This document shows positions 55,752-64,000 of a stretch of 64,000 nt of DNA, piece after piece. The stretch comes from Candidatus Moraniibacteriota bacterium (lineage in GTDB: Bacteria; Patescibacteriota; Minisyncoccia; Moranbacterales; UBA1568), in assembly GCA_016699425.1 (NCBI GenBank), contig CP064975.1:654098-718097 (forward strand), read 5' to 3'. The notes under the pieces are model-generated. The model searched no databases. It was not told where the DNA came from and was given only the letters and a program-made list of their open reading frames with translations. Every line of letters starts with the position of its first letter. The stretch's first letter is position 1. The translations under genes and the position numbers were made by a program.

Positions 55752-56309
55752 ATGCAAAAAGTAGTCATCGTACATTGTTGGGACGGATATCCAGACTACT
55801 GTTGGTATTCGCAAACTAAGAAAGAGCTTCAGGAAAAAGGATTCGAAGTTCTCGTGCCAGAAATGCCTGAAACAGGTACTCCAAACCTCACTTTGTGGCT
55901 GCCTACGCTTCAGGCTCTTGCCTCAGAGCCGAATGAGAGTCTCCATTTCGTTGGACATAGTGCTGGATGTATTACAATCCTGAGATATCTAGAGCAGCTG
56001 AAAGATAGCCAAAAGATAGGAAAGGTTATCTTAGTAGCTGGCTTTACGGATGATCTTGGCTATGAGGAACTCAAAAACTTCTTCACAACGCCTATTCTTT
56101 TTGAAAAGATAAAACAAAGAGCGGAACATTTCGTGGCAATCCATTCAGACAACGATCCTTTTGTAGATCTAAAATATGGTACAATTTTCAAAGAAAAGTT
56201 AGGCGCAGACCTCATTATAAAAAACAAGATGGGTCATTTTTCTGGCGAGCGCGACAAAGAAGGGAGTTGCGTTTCACTTCCCGAAGTGTCAGAGGCTTTG
56301 ACTAGATAA
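55752..56309 (+). CDS. Alpha/beta serine hydrolase, RBBP9/YdeN family
   Basis: 'VVIVHCWDGYPDYCWY...' and the nucleophile elbow 'FVGHSAGC' are characteristic of PF06821. Confidence 0.55.
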   Translation: MQKVVIVHCWDGYPDYCWYSQTKKELQEKGFEVLVPEMPETGTPNLTLWLPTLQALASEPNESLHFVGHSAGCITILRYLEQLKDSQKIGKVILVAGFTDDLGYEELKNFFTTPILFEKIKQRAEHFVAIHSDNDPFVDLKYGTIFKEKLGADLIIKNKMGHFSGERDKEGSCVSLPEVSEALTR

Positions 56310-56310
56310 G

Positions 56311-56374
56311 TTGGAGCAACCTAGTCCGCAATCTTTTTCCAATCAACAGCTCCGAACGCATCCAATAAGCCTAG
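56311..56374 (+). repeat. Intergenic repeat B+A, copy 2
   Basis: 'TTGGAGCAACCTAGTCCGCA' is B-like, and 'ATCTTTTTCCAATCAACAGCTCCGAACGCATCCAATAAGCCTAG' is A. It ends 11 nt before the ATG of the next gene. Confidence 0.6.
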
Positions 56375-56385
56375 CAAAATACCAT

Positions 56386-56886
56386 ATGCCAAAAATATTA
56401 GTACTAGGCCCCTCTGGTTCGGGAAAAACATATATTTCTGCCGCGCTTCGTGAGAAAGGGATCAATGCTCTCGACGGAGACCTCATCGAAAACTTATCAG
56501 ATTGGTTTGATGGCACCGGTAACAAAGTCGGGTGTCCGCCTGATGCTAATAAAGAATTTCTCGATACCCATGAATTTCTTTGGGATAGGGAGGTACTGAA
56601 AGACTTTCTAAAACAACAAGACAGCGTCTATCTTTTTGGAATGTCAGGCAATGCTTTTGATATGGTTGATCTTTTTGATAAAACCTATTTTCTAAAAGCG
56701 ACTCCCGAGATTCTCGCAAATAGACTACGACACGAGAGCAGAGAGAACCCTATGGGTAAAACTGACTACCAACTTCAAAATGCTCTTGATTGGGCAAAAG
56801 AAATAGAGCAAGAAGCCTCAAGCCGAGGAATTGCTACGCTTGACGCAAATAAATCTCCTGAAGAAATTTTTGATGAAATAGTTTAA
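56386..56886 (+). CDS. P-loop NTPase, small-molecule/nucleotide kinase-like
   Basis: Walker A 'ILVLGPSGSGKTYIS'. The ~165-aa length and overall pattern suggest the shikimate/chloramphenicol-phosphotransferase/AAA_33-like kinase family. Confidence 0.45.
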   Translation: MPKILVLGPSGSGKTYISAALREKGINALDGDLIENLSDWFDGTGNKVGCPPDANKEFLDTHEFLWDREVLKDFLKQQDSVYLFGMSGNAFDMVDLFDKTYFLKATPEILANRLRHESRENPMGKTDYQLQNALDWAKEIEQEASSRGIATLDANKSPEEIFDEIV

Positions 56887-56895
56887 TGTCTTCCG

Positions 56896-56942
56896 AAATC
56901 TTTTTCCAGTCCATAGTCCTGATACGTATCCAATAAGCCCAG
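56896..56942 (+). repeat. Intergenic repeat family A, copy 3
   Basis: 'AAATCTTTTTCCAGTCCATAGTCCTGATACGTATCCAATAAGCCCAG'. Confidence 0.6.
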
Positions 56943-56953
56943 TGAAATATTTC

Positions 56954-57994
56954 ATGAAAACTTTTACCCCAACAAAAAAATTATCCAATGGCGACAAAGT
57001 CGCTATTCTATCACCATCATTTGCTGCTCCCGGAAAATGGCCTCATGTCTACGAACTTGGACTAAAAAGATTGCGGGAAAATTTTCAATTAGAACCTGTA
57101 GAATTTCCAACCACAAAAAAGATTGACGCATCCAATGATGAGAGGACTCAAGACTTGATAGCTGCATTTGAAGATAAGAACATACAAGCGATCATCTCTT
57201 CCTTGGGCGGTAACGACCAAGTAACTTATATAAAGAATCTTCCTTCGAAGCCATTCACAGATAATCCGAAACCATTTTTCGGATATAGTGATAACACTCA
57301 TTTTATGAATTTCCTGTGGCTCCATGGAATTCCTTCCTATTATGGAGGCGCTCTTTTTACCCAGTTTGCCGAGTCGGGAAAAATAAACGAATACACGGCC
57401 CAGCATTTGAAAATCGCGCTCTTTCAACGCGGTGAAGTTAGCATTCAGGCAAGCGACTCCTATTGTGATCAGGGCCTGAGCTGGGACGACCAAAAAAATC
57501 TCGAGGTGAGTAAGTCGTATGAACCCAATGCAGGCTGGTTTTGGGATGGCGACCAAAACGCAACGGGCATTACTTGGGGAGGTTGTCTGGAATCAATTGA
57601 TGAATTACTCCGTCATGCCATTCCCATTCCATCACTACAAGATTTTGAGAATATCATTTTACTAACAGAAACATCTGAAGAAATTCCTTCACCGGAGTAT
57701 GTCAGACGTGTTTATAGAGCGCTAGGAGAGCGAGGAATACTGGAAAGGATCAAGGGTTTCCTCGTGGGACGGCCCAAAGCCTGGGAATTCGATACTCAAA
57801 AAAGTAGCGAAGAAAAAGAAGAGTATCGAAAAAAACAACGAGAGGCTACTCTGCAAATCATACGGCAATACAATAAAACCGCACCGATTGTACAAAATGT
57901 AGATTTTGGCCATACTGATCCACAGATTCCCATGCCCTACGGCATGCCTGTCCAGATAAACGCAGAAAATAAGGAGGTAATCGTCAATTTCTAA
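56954..57994 (+). CDS. LD-carboxypeptidase (peptidase S66, LdcA/MccF-like)
   Basis: 'GDKVAILSPSFA' and the nucleophile motif 'FFGYSDNTHFMNFL' (GYSDxT). The ~345-aa length fits the family. Confidence 0.6.
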   Translation: MKTFTPTKKLSNGDKVAILSPSFAAPGKWPHVYELGLKRLRENFQLEPVEFPTTKKIDASNDERTQDLIAAFEDKNIQAIISSLGGNDQVTYIKNLPSKPFTDNPKPFFGYSDNTHFMNFLWLHGIPSYYGGALFTQFAESGKINEYTAQHLKIALFQRGEVSIQASDSYCDQGLSWDDQKNLEVSKSYEPNAGWFWDGDQNATGITWGGCLESIDELLRHAIPIPSLQDFENIILLTETSEEIPSPEYVRRVYRALGERGILERIKGFLVGRPKAWEFDTQKSSEEKEEYRKKQREATLQIIRQYNKTAPIVQNVDFGHTDPQIPMPYGMPVQINAENKEVIVNF

Positions 57995-58020
57995 AGACCT
58001 GTGTTTCCTGTAGGAGATAC

Positions 58021-58041
58021 GTTCCAACCTCGTCCCAGAGC
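58021..58041 (+). repeat. Intergenic repeat family B, copy a
   Basis: 'GTTCCAACCTCGTCCCAGAGC' fits the consensus GCTCCAAC.TCGTCC.AGAGC. Confidence 0.55.
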
Positions 58042-58087
58042 CGCAGCCACCGTTGCTCGCGAACGACGTGGCCAGCACCGATCATCT

Positions 58088-58897
58088 ATGACAACATACG
58101 AGACATACTTTAAAGACTTCATTGGACGAGCGGAAAAGTTATCTGCGGTAAAACGATATCGTGCATACGACACGATGTTCTACCGGACCAACCTCGCCAC
58201 GCACTCGAAGCGCGTCGGTTGGCAGACAATGGCGCTCCTCGCGATGCTCCCCGACGATATCCGCCAGACGCTCGACCAAGAAAAAATACTCCTCCTTGCC
58301 TGGGTTCACGATGATCACGAGATATTTGCTGGCGATCACCAATCAGCAAGCGAGTGGCATATGACCAGGCAGCAATGTACCGATCAGGAAACAAAGGAGG
58401 CATGGGCTGTCGAAAAAACTGCCAAGATATTCCCGCATCAGCTCGGACGACATGTCTATCACGATCTCCTCGCAGAGGCCGTGCGCGTCGACACGATTGA
58501 ATCACAACTAGTAAAGCTCGCTGACAAGATCGAGGGCTGTGGCGAGGCGCTCCATGAAATCTTTGGCGGGAATGTGGGCTTTACTGTCGAAGTGAAGGAC
58601 CCCGACCATGACTATGGTAAAACCAACCCCATTCCTCCGGTGTACTACGGTCACTATTTTGACCATCTTCCAAAAAAACTCCCTCTCCTCGAACCCTGGA
58701 GAGCCTTCCTTGTACCTCCCCTCGTGAGCTGTCACGACAATATCAACTTTTCCGAGCTCGCCGCATTACATACTCCGCACACGAGAGCCTCACTGGATAT
58801 CCCGATTGGATTCGCGCCATACGACTATTGGAAAGCCACCTTCCTCGCCTCTGGGAGCGAAGATGAAATCCATCAGCTGTTTGTCCGCGCGGGATGA
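58088..58897 (+). CDS. HD-domain phosphohydrolase (YfbR-like 5'-deoxynucleotidase family)
   Basis: 'THSKRVGWQTMALLAML' and 'LLLAWVHDDHEIFAGDHQ' are the H...HD...D metal-binding motifs. Confidence 0.5.
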   Translation: MTTYETYFKDFIGRAEKLSAVKRYRAYDTMFYRTNLATHSKRVGWQTMALLAMLPDDIRQTLDQEKILLLAWVHDDHEIFAGDHQSASEWHMTRQQCTDQETKEAWAVEKTAKIFPHQLGRHVYHDLLAEAVRVDTIESQLVKLADKIEGCGEALHEIFGGNVGFTVEVKDPDHDYGKTNPIPPVYYGHYFDHLPKKLPLLEPWRAFLVPPLVSCHDNINFSELAALHTPHTRASLDIPIGFAPYDYWKATFLASGSEDEIHQLFVRAG

Positions 58898-58945
58898 TTT
58901 TCAAGCACCAGCACCCATAATCTCGTCTATTATCACAACCCCACT

Positions 58946-59449
58946 ATGACAGAAAACATCTCACACGATAGCGAAACACCAGCCCAGGGTCAGCAAGTTA
59001 TCACAGCTTGTGCCTTTATTCATCACAACTTTGATGAAATTGAAAAAGTATTCCTCCCCAAACGGGCTGACACCAAAAAATTCTTGCCCGGAGTCTATGA
59101 GCTTCCGGGTGGGCATATTGATTACGGTGAGGACATCGTCAAAGGACTTGAGCGTGAGATTATGGAGGAGTTCGGCATGAAGGTGACAATCGGAGACCCC
59201 TTTGCTACTTTTACCTACCTCAACGAGATAAAAGGCTCCCACTCAGTAGAAATCATCTATTATGCAGCGTTTGTCGATTCTCTAGAAAATATCACTCTTC
59301 ATCCCGAAGATCACTCTCAATTTGAATGGGTTGCAGAAGATGAGCTGCAAAAAGTCTTTACCGAACACAAAAAAGGCGACGATCCAGAAATACAAGCCAT
59401 AGAGAAAGGCTTTTCTCTGCTCAGAGGAGAATCATTAGCCTTTCACTAA
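58946..59449 (+). CDS. NUDIX hydrolase
   Basis: The NUDIX box reads 'GGHIDYGEDIVKGLEREIMEEFG' (GX5EX7REUXEEXGU). Confidence 0.7.
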   Translation: MTENISHDSETPAQGQQVITACAFIHHNFDEIEKVFLPKRADTKKFLPGVYELPGGHIDYGEDIVKGLEREIMEEFGMKVTIGDPFATFTYLNEIKGSHSVEIIYYAAFVDSLENITLHPEDHSQFEWVAEDELQKVFTEHKKGDDPEIQAIEKGFSLLRGESLAFH

Positions 59450-59471
59450 AGTAACTTCATCCAGTAGAAAA

Positions 59472-59492
59472 GCTCCAACTTCATCCCAGAGC
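59472..59492 (+). repeat. Intergenic repeat family B, copy b
   Basis: 'GCTCCAACTTCATCCCAGAGC'. Confidence 0.55.
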
Positions 59493-59548
59493 CTAGGAAG
59501 ACAAACTTTAATTACATTTAGAAACTCACAAAGCGTACACGTAAGAAC

Positions 59549-60172
59549 ATGTTTACATTACTCACTACCAGTATATATTTTGGTGTATCAGCAGCTCACT
59601 GGCTTGTGATTTTGTCAGCGCTTATAAGTTTCAGCGGGGCATTCGCGTACATACGCGACATGATAAGAGGTAAATCGAAGCCAAACTTAGTGACTTGGGG
59701 TCTTTGGGCATTTGCTCCTCTCATCGCCACCGGCGCTGCTCTGAGTGCAGACTCCGATTTGTGGTCAACTGTCAGAATCTTTATGTCTGGCTTCGGACCA
59801 CTTTTAGTTTTTGTCGCTGCTCTTTTAGTTTCTCAAGGCTACTGGAAATTATCAAAATTCGACTACTTTTGTGGTCTCATATCGCTTTTCGCTCTTGGCG
59901 CTTGGACTCTTGCTGATGAACCTATCCTAGCAATATTATTTGCTGCTACAGCAGATTTATTTGCAACCATTCCGACCGTTCTAAAGGCCTGGAAGTATCC
60001 CGAGACAGAGACGCTTTATACCTATTTCGTTGGTCTCTTTACTGCTACAATAGTCATTCCTGCAATTCCTATTTGGAATATCGAAAATGCTGCTTTCCAA
60101 GCGTATCTGTTGGCAGCAAACGTTGTATTATTTTTTGTGGTTTTAAAAGGAAAGCTCCGGAAGGAAAGTTAG
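59549..60172 (+). CDS. Integral membrane protein (6 predicted TM helices), unknown function
   Basis: Continuous hydrophobic helices. No motif recognised. Confidence 0.4.
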   Translation: MFTLLTTSIYFGVSAAHWLVILSALISFSGAFAYIRDMIRGKSKPNLVTWGLWAFAPLIATGAALSADSDLWSTVRIFMSGFGPLLVFVAALLVSQGYWKLSKFDYFCGLISLFALGAWTLADEPILAILFAATADLFATIPTVLKAWKYPETETLYTYFVGLFTATIVIPAIPIWNIENAAFQAYLLAANVVLFFVVLKGKLRKES

Positions 60173-60225
60173 GTTTCTTAGTAAAAAAAGTTCTAGCCCA
60201 TCTTAAACCTCAACATGTACAGTCT

Positions 60226-60660
60226 ATGGATATCGAAAACACCATTCGCGAATATATTAGCGATGTGCTCCACATGTCACTCGCCACCTGTAAGGATAGT
60301 AAGCCCTGGGTATGCGAGGTGCATTTTTCTTTTGATAATGACCTCAACTTTTACTTCCTCTCCAAACCTGAGAGACGCCATAGCCAGGAGATATCGTTCA
60401 ATCCACACGTTTCAGGAAACATCATCCATGAGCACGCCATTGGCGAATCAGTGAGAGGAGTCTATTTTGAAGGTCGAGCGGAATTCATCCCCAATATAAG
60501 TGAAGAGCACCCTGCCTATCGTACTTATTGCCAACGTTTCAATATGGGACCAGAAATTCTCGATCATGGATTCTACGCCATAAAAGTGACTGACCTCTAT
60601 CTTTTTGATAATAAAGAAACCGAACCTGGTCAAAAGTATCACCTCCCCTGGTCTCAATAA
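60226..60660 (+). CDS. Pyridoxamine-5'-phosphate-oxidase-like FMN-binding split-barrel protein
   Basis: 'IREYISDVLHMSLATCKDSKPWVCEVHFSFDNDLNFYFLS' is the PNPOx-like (general stress protein 26 type) N-terminal pattern. The start is at the ATG at 60226. Confidence 0.45.
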   Translation: MDIENTIREYISDVLHMSLATCKDSKPWVCEVHFSFDNDLNFYFLSKPERRHSQEISFNPHVSGNIIHEHAIGESVRGVYFEGRAEFIPNISEEHPAYRTYCQRFNMGPEILDHGFYAIKVTDLYLFDNKETEPGQKYHLPWSQ

Positions 60661-60680
60661 GCTCCAACATCGTCCTAGAG
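60661..60680 (+). repeat. Intergenic repeat family B, copy c
   Basis: 'GCTCCAACATCGTCCTAGAG' sits directly after the stop codon. Confidence 0.55.
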
Positions 60681-60694
60681 TATCAGCACACCCT

Positions 60695-61225
60695 ATGTAC
60701 TATCTTTATCATAAAGTACCCAAAGAGCTCGAAGGAAATATTCTCTATCCTCTAAATCAATTAGAAACTCTTCTCCCGCGTACCTTTGAAAAAGAGAAAG
60801 AAAAATACAGGGGGAGGGAAATGCTTCTGCAGGTAAAGATACCTTTTCTCGACTGTCTTTGGAATGATGTCCTACACCTCACGGCCGTTCCTCCAGTCGA
60901 GATAAAAAAGGCACTGATTGAAGCAGGGCGAACGCCTGATTTTAACATGAACTGTTTTCAAATTGACCCAGCAATGCTTGAGGCGGAGAACACCGTTATT
61001 TATCTCTACACTCAGAATAGCCTCCAAGATATATCAGAAGAAAATAACTTTAGACCATACGATGCGACAAAAATATCCCAATACTCAGAAGTACCACAAA
61101 AAACGAGAGCCTATTACGAAGAGCTCCTGAGCGAAGGAAAGAAACCACTCCTCTATCATTTTATTCCACACATTCTCTATAAAGGGTCTATCGATACGAA
61201 AAACTTAGAACGTATCACCGTGTAG
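60695..61225 (+). CDS. Hypothetical protein (176 aa)
   Basis: An ORF starting at the ATG (MYYLYHKVPKEL), with low GC like the rest of the island. Confidence 0.35.
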   Translation: MYYLYHKVPKELEGNILYPLNQLETLLPRTFEKEKEKYRGREMLLQVKIPFLDCLWNDVLHLTAVPPVEIKKALIEAGRTPDFNMNCFQIDPAMLEAENTVIYLYTQNSLQDISEENNFRPYDATKISQYSEVPQKTRAYYEELLSEGKKPLLYHFIPHILYKGSIDTKNLERITV

Positions 61226-61254
61226 CATTGAGATACTCAATATTTAAAAGTGTT

Positions 61255-61309
61255 AATCTTTTTTGACTTTTCCCCAATCCACAGTTCCAAACACGTATCC
61301 AATAGCCAA
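61255..61309 (+). repeat. Intergenic repeat family A, copy 4
   Basis: 'ATCTTTTTTGACTTTTCCCCAATCCACAGTTCCAAACACGTATCCAATAGCCAAG'. Confidence 0.6.
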
Positions 61310-61387
61310 GCATCGACAGACGGGACGCTGTGTGCTATTATCCAATGTTGCAAAATCGCAACAGCCCATTACGAAAAGGAGGTACCG

Positions 61388-61591
61388 ATGGCCACGTGGC
61401 ACAGCGTAAGAATGGTGGATGACAGGGAACAGAACGCCGAGGAGAAGATTGCTACCGCATTGAATCTCTGGCAGACCAAGCATCCCGACAGAAAGATTGT
61501 GAACCTACACCTCACGACGGGCCGACTCCTTGGTTCCAAGGGCGTATATGTCATCGGCATCTTCACCTCAGAGGAATGGCAGAGTAAGTAA
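61388..61591 (+). CDS. Small hypothetical protein (67 aa)
   Basis: A strong SD (AAGGAGG) 6 nt upstream of the ATG. No domain recognised. Confidence 0.35.
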   Translation: MATWHSVRMVDDREQNAEEKIATALNLWQTKHPDRKIVNLHLTTGRLLGSKGVYVIGIFTSEEWQSK

Positions 61592-61698
61592 TCCCGAAAG
61601 GCATGGCGACCCGCCACAAGTGGTCGTCTTCTTTTTTTCACAAAGAAGCTCTCTGAGCAATACTTCACTCGATAGTTGGTATGCTATCCTGAAAATAT

Positions 61699-62355
61699 AT
61701 GAACAAAACCGTCATCTTCGACCTGGATGGTACACTGGTGGATATCGAGCCGGTTTTTCTTCGCATCTACAATACGCTGGCAGCGGAATTTGGACTCGCG
61801 CCCATTCGACCAGATGAACTTCCGGCTCTGAGGAAGCTCCATCTGAAACAGGTGATGTTTCGGCGGCTCGGCTGGCGGATAGTTTTCCTTCCGCGGATTT
61901 TGAAACGGGGCCAGACAGAATACCGGTTGCTCGTCCCCGAGGTCGAGCTCTTTCCCGGTATCCAGGAAACCCTCACACACCTCCGAGCCTTCGGTTATCG
62001 GATCGGTATCATCTCTTCGAGCGAACGAACGACGGTCCTCGCGCTCATCGAAAAATTTGGTCTCGATATCGATTTTGTCTATCAGAGTTCGCTCTTCGGA
62101 AAGGCCGCGATCCTGAAGGAAACGGCCGAAAAGGAATCATTTGCCCTTGCCGATACGGTCTATATCGGTGATGAGATACGCGATATCGATGCTTGTCGGA
62201 AGGCCGGCCTTGATATCATCGCGGTCACGTGGGGGCTAAACGACCGCTCAGCCTTGATCGCGACCGGTGCCCCGACAGCCGACACGCCTGCCGAACTCGA
62301 GGCGAAAATCCTCGCCCTCCTTCCGCTTAGTCACTCTCTCAAATCTCAACGCTGA
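61699..62355 (+). CDS. HAD-superfamily hydrolase, subfamily IA (phosphoglycolate-phosphatase/beta-PGM-like)
   Basis: 'VIFDLDGTLVD' is motif I, 'IGIISSSER' motif II, and 'YIGDEIRDIDACRKAG' motif IV. Confidence 0.65.
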   Translation: MNKTVIFDLDGTLVDIEPVFLRIYNTLAAEFGLAPIRPDELPALRKLHLKQVMFRRLGWRIVFLPRILKRGQTEYRLLVPEVELFPGIQETLTHLRAFGYRIGIISSSERTTVLALIEKFGLDIDFVYQSSLFGKAAILKETAEKESFALADTVYIGDEIRDIDACRKAGLDIIAVTWGLNDRSALIATGAPTADTPAELEAKILALLPLSHSLKSQR

Positions 62356-62516
62356 TAGATAAAAGAAACCAACCGCTTATCTCATAAAATACTCAGATTT
62401 CGGCTGAAAACCTCTCAGCGCTCGTCAGGATATCTCGATAGCCTTCCTCGCTTTTCAAGATTTTCCTCTCGTCCCGCCAGGGCGGGATCTCGAGACATGA
62501 GATTTGAGAGAGTGAC

Positions 62517-62879
62517 TTACCAGCTCTTCCCATCAAACGGCGTCAGCGTAAGTTTCGCAATATCGACATCCGTGAGCGTCCGGACATTGATGGCCACCGT
62601 CTCGGCACCCGTCGTTGGGTCTTTCCCTTTCGCAATCGGTTGGACACCGCAAAACCGACAGAACAGGTGCTGCAGTGTCTTCTTGTTGAAGCGATACTCC
62701 ACCAAATCATCCACCCCAGAAAGTAATCGGAACTGAGCGCCCGGAACAAAGGCGAGGAGCATCCCTTTCATGCTGCAGTGAGAACAATTGCACTCGAGCA
62801 CAGACGCGAGATCAGTTTCAACCTCGAAAGCGACCTTTCCACAGTGGCATTTTCCCTGGTATTGATTGGCCATTGGCAT
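62517..62879 (-). CDS. GFA/CENP-V family zinc protein (glutathione-dependent formaldehyde-activating enzyme-like, Mss4-like fold)
   Basis: 'GKCHCGKVAFEV...CNCSHCS...CRFCGVQ' is the CxC...CxC...CxxC Zn pattern of the family. Confidence 0.6.
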   Translation of the reverse strand: MPMANQYQGKCHCGKVAFEVETDLASVLECNCSHCSMKGMLLAFVPGAQFRLLSGVDDLVEYRFNKKTLQHLFCRFCGVQPIAKGKDPTTGAETVAINVRTLTDVDIAKLTLTPFDGKSW

Positions 62880-63025
62880 AATTTAGTACTCCTACTATAG
62901 CATGGATAAGCCTAGAATGGGGCTTGCTTTTTCCAGAGAAAGCTGTTATCATGGACCCATAGAAGTTGAGGAATATAGTCGAGTTTCCCGCTTTCTAGAC
63001 TAATTGAACATAGAGCAGCACCATT

Positions 63026-63223
63026 ATGACTGGTACTATCAAGACGCTCACGGATCGTGGATTCGGTTTCATCGCTCGCGAAGGCGAAGTGAAGGACCTG
63101 TTCTTCCACTCCAAGGAGCTCTCCGGCGTGACGTTCGATGAGCTCAAGGTTGGCGATGTCGTCAGCTTCGAAGTCGTCGACGGTGAGAAGGGCCCGGCCG
63201 CGGTCAATGTGACCCGCGCCTAA
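63026..63223 (+). CDS. csp: Cold-shock protein (CspA family)
   Basis: 'MTGTIKTLTDRGFGFIAREGEVKDLFFHSKEL...GDVVSFEVVDGEKGPAAVNV' carries the RNP1 'RGFGFI' and RNP2-like motifs. Confidence 0.85.
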   Translation: MTGTIKTLTDRGFGFIAREGEVKDLFFHSKELSGVTFDELKVGDVVSFEVVDGEKGPAAVNVTRA

Positions 63224-63246
63224 GGCGTTCTCCCACGAACAAAAAT

Positions 63247-63273
63247 ACCGTCCCTTCGAGGGCGGTTTTTTTG
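63247..63273 (+). terminator. Rho-independent terminator after csp
   Basis: ACCGTCCCTTCGAGGGCGGT followed by TTTTTTT. Confidence 0.55.
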
Positions 63274-63364
63274 TTGCTCCATTTTGACTAAGACGTGCCC
63301 ACCAGAGAATCTTGTTTAACAAAAATCTACGGCACCAATCTACGATTGGTGCCGTTTCATATTG

Positions 63365-63715
63365 TCAACTTGTGATCATCGCTTCGGGACGATAAAAAGG
63401 AATCGCGTCCTTTGCTGAATGCTTCCAACCCCGCCCCCCCAAGCATCGAAACGTTACATCAGCGGCGAGGTCACCGAAATCGAGCAATATGCCAACTGGC
63501 AATAGAATGAGCGGTAAAGGGTTATCCGCATGTCCCGACTCAGATCGGTCACTATCACTTGCAAGTGCTCGAGCAAGTCTGTGGCGCACACCTGTCACGG
63601 TGTTTACGGGAAAATGAACAACGTTATCGTGCACGAAACCACCTCCTTCGTTGAGCTGTGGTAGATGACAATAGTGTAGCGCATTCCAGAAAAAAAGGAA
63701 GTCCCTCCCCGACAT
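63365..63715 (-). CDS. Hypothetical protein (weak)
   Basis: The only sizeable ORF in the interval, lying downstream of the NuoD-like gene on the same strand. No motif recognised. Confidence 0.2.
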   Translation of the reverse strand: MSGRDFLFFWNALHYCHLPQLNEGGGFVHDNVVHFPVNTVTGVRHRLARALASDSDRSESGHADNPLPLILLPVGILLDFGDLAADVTFRCLGGRGWKHSAKDAIPFYRPEAMITS

Positions 63716-63723
63716 GAACGCAC

Positions 63724-63970
63724 CTACAGATCATTGCCTGAGTAGGAGAGATTCAGGCTCTTGTTGATAAGTGGAAAATCCGGCACTATATCGTTCGTTA
63801 CGAGATAGGGAAATACCTGCCAATTCAGGAAAGATGGATCGCGCACTTTTACTCGGGTGATCATGCCGTTTGCATCCGTCATGATGAAATAGACGATATC
63901 ACCGCGCCAACCTTCGACGATACCGATGGCGTGAGCGTTCGGCATCAGACTCCCGATTCCGATCGCGACC
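63724..63970 (-). CDS. NuoD/NiFe-hydrogenase-large-subunit-like protein, C-terminal fragment (gene continues beyond the window)
   Basis: 'GIVEGWRGDIVYFIMTDANGMITRVKVRDPSFLNWQVFPYLVTNDIVPDFPLINKSLNLSYSGNDL' matches the conserved C-terminus of complex-I 49-kDa / group-4 hydrogenase large subunits. It lacks the DPCxxC maturation motif, so it is NuoD-like rather than a true NiFe subunit. Confidence 0.5.
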
Positions 63971-64000
63971 GGACCAGGATTCGAGACGGCCCGATCGATT

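Noticed and set aside
55480-61320. Interpretation of intergenic repeats A and B as classical integron attC sites
   Set aside because: Neither repeat contains the inverse-core/core pair (RYYYAAC...GTTRRRY). Family A has weak dyad symmetry only, and no intI lies nearby. I keep it as 'cassette-like' only.
62912-63322. 136-aa minus-strand ORF overlapping the cold-shock protein gene
   Set aside because: It fully contains the strongly recognisable CspA-family gene on the opposite strand, and its composition is that of antisense translation. It is spurious.

Overview
This 64 kb window is a high-GC, gene-dense bacterial contig, mostly encoded on the minus strand up to ~51 kb. Its gene content and architecture are reminiscent of a Patescibacteria/CPR-like organism, but that placement is an inference only.

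The window holds core genes for translation, cell division and Fe-S/energy metabolism, three pyrimidine genes, DNA-repair genes, a lipoprotein transferase, a DNA-translocase-like ATPase and dnaX. The translation, division and pyrimidine genes are proS, UMP kinase, tRNA-dihydrouridine synthase, mnmA, TrmH, an FtsB / PpiC-PPIase / HtrA run, a suf operon (rrf2-sufCBDSU plus ferredoxin and SufT), a 2-oxoacid:ferredoxin oxidoreductase alpha/beta pair, pyrC, and pyrD interrupted by an IS. The repair and remaining genes are xseAB, mutY, lgt, the TraD/HerA-like ATPase module, and a C-terminal fragment of a NuoD-like protein at the 3' edge.

Three things stand out:
1. At 21-10331 there is a tightly packed cluster of seven PEP-utilizing phosphohistidine 'swivel' domains. 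They are spread over four ORFs of 367, 1128, 1521 and 112 aa. One ORF starts with a PpsA-type ATP-binding N-domain, but none carries the PEP/pyruvate TIM-barrel. Each swivel domain is preceded by a ~300 aa domain of unknown function. The swivel-coding DNA segments are near-identical to one another, which suggests gene conversion.
2. An IS1-family element (19885-21087) has inserted into the 3' end of pyrD. It has 25-bp terminal inverted repeats and a 9-bp target-site duplication.
3. A tRNA-Gln(UUG) gene (54821-54892) is followed by a ~6.8 kb low-GC island (54893-~61690) of ten small, same-strand genes encoding diverse hydrolases and modifying enzymes. The genes are separated by two families of conserved intergenic repeats. 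A degenerate direct repeat of the tRNA 3' end lies 850 bp downstream. The layout looks like a cassette array, but it has no integrase and no classical attC cores.

Smaller observations include an HRDC-XseA fusion and an HtrA paralog that has lost its catalytic His and Ser. There are also tandem paralogous secreted proteins and a frameshifted AI-2E transporter. AT-rich palindromic repeat elements bracket sufS. An inverted-repeat operator candidate sits at the rrf2-suf promoter.
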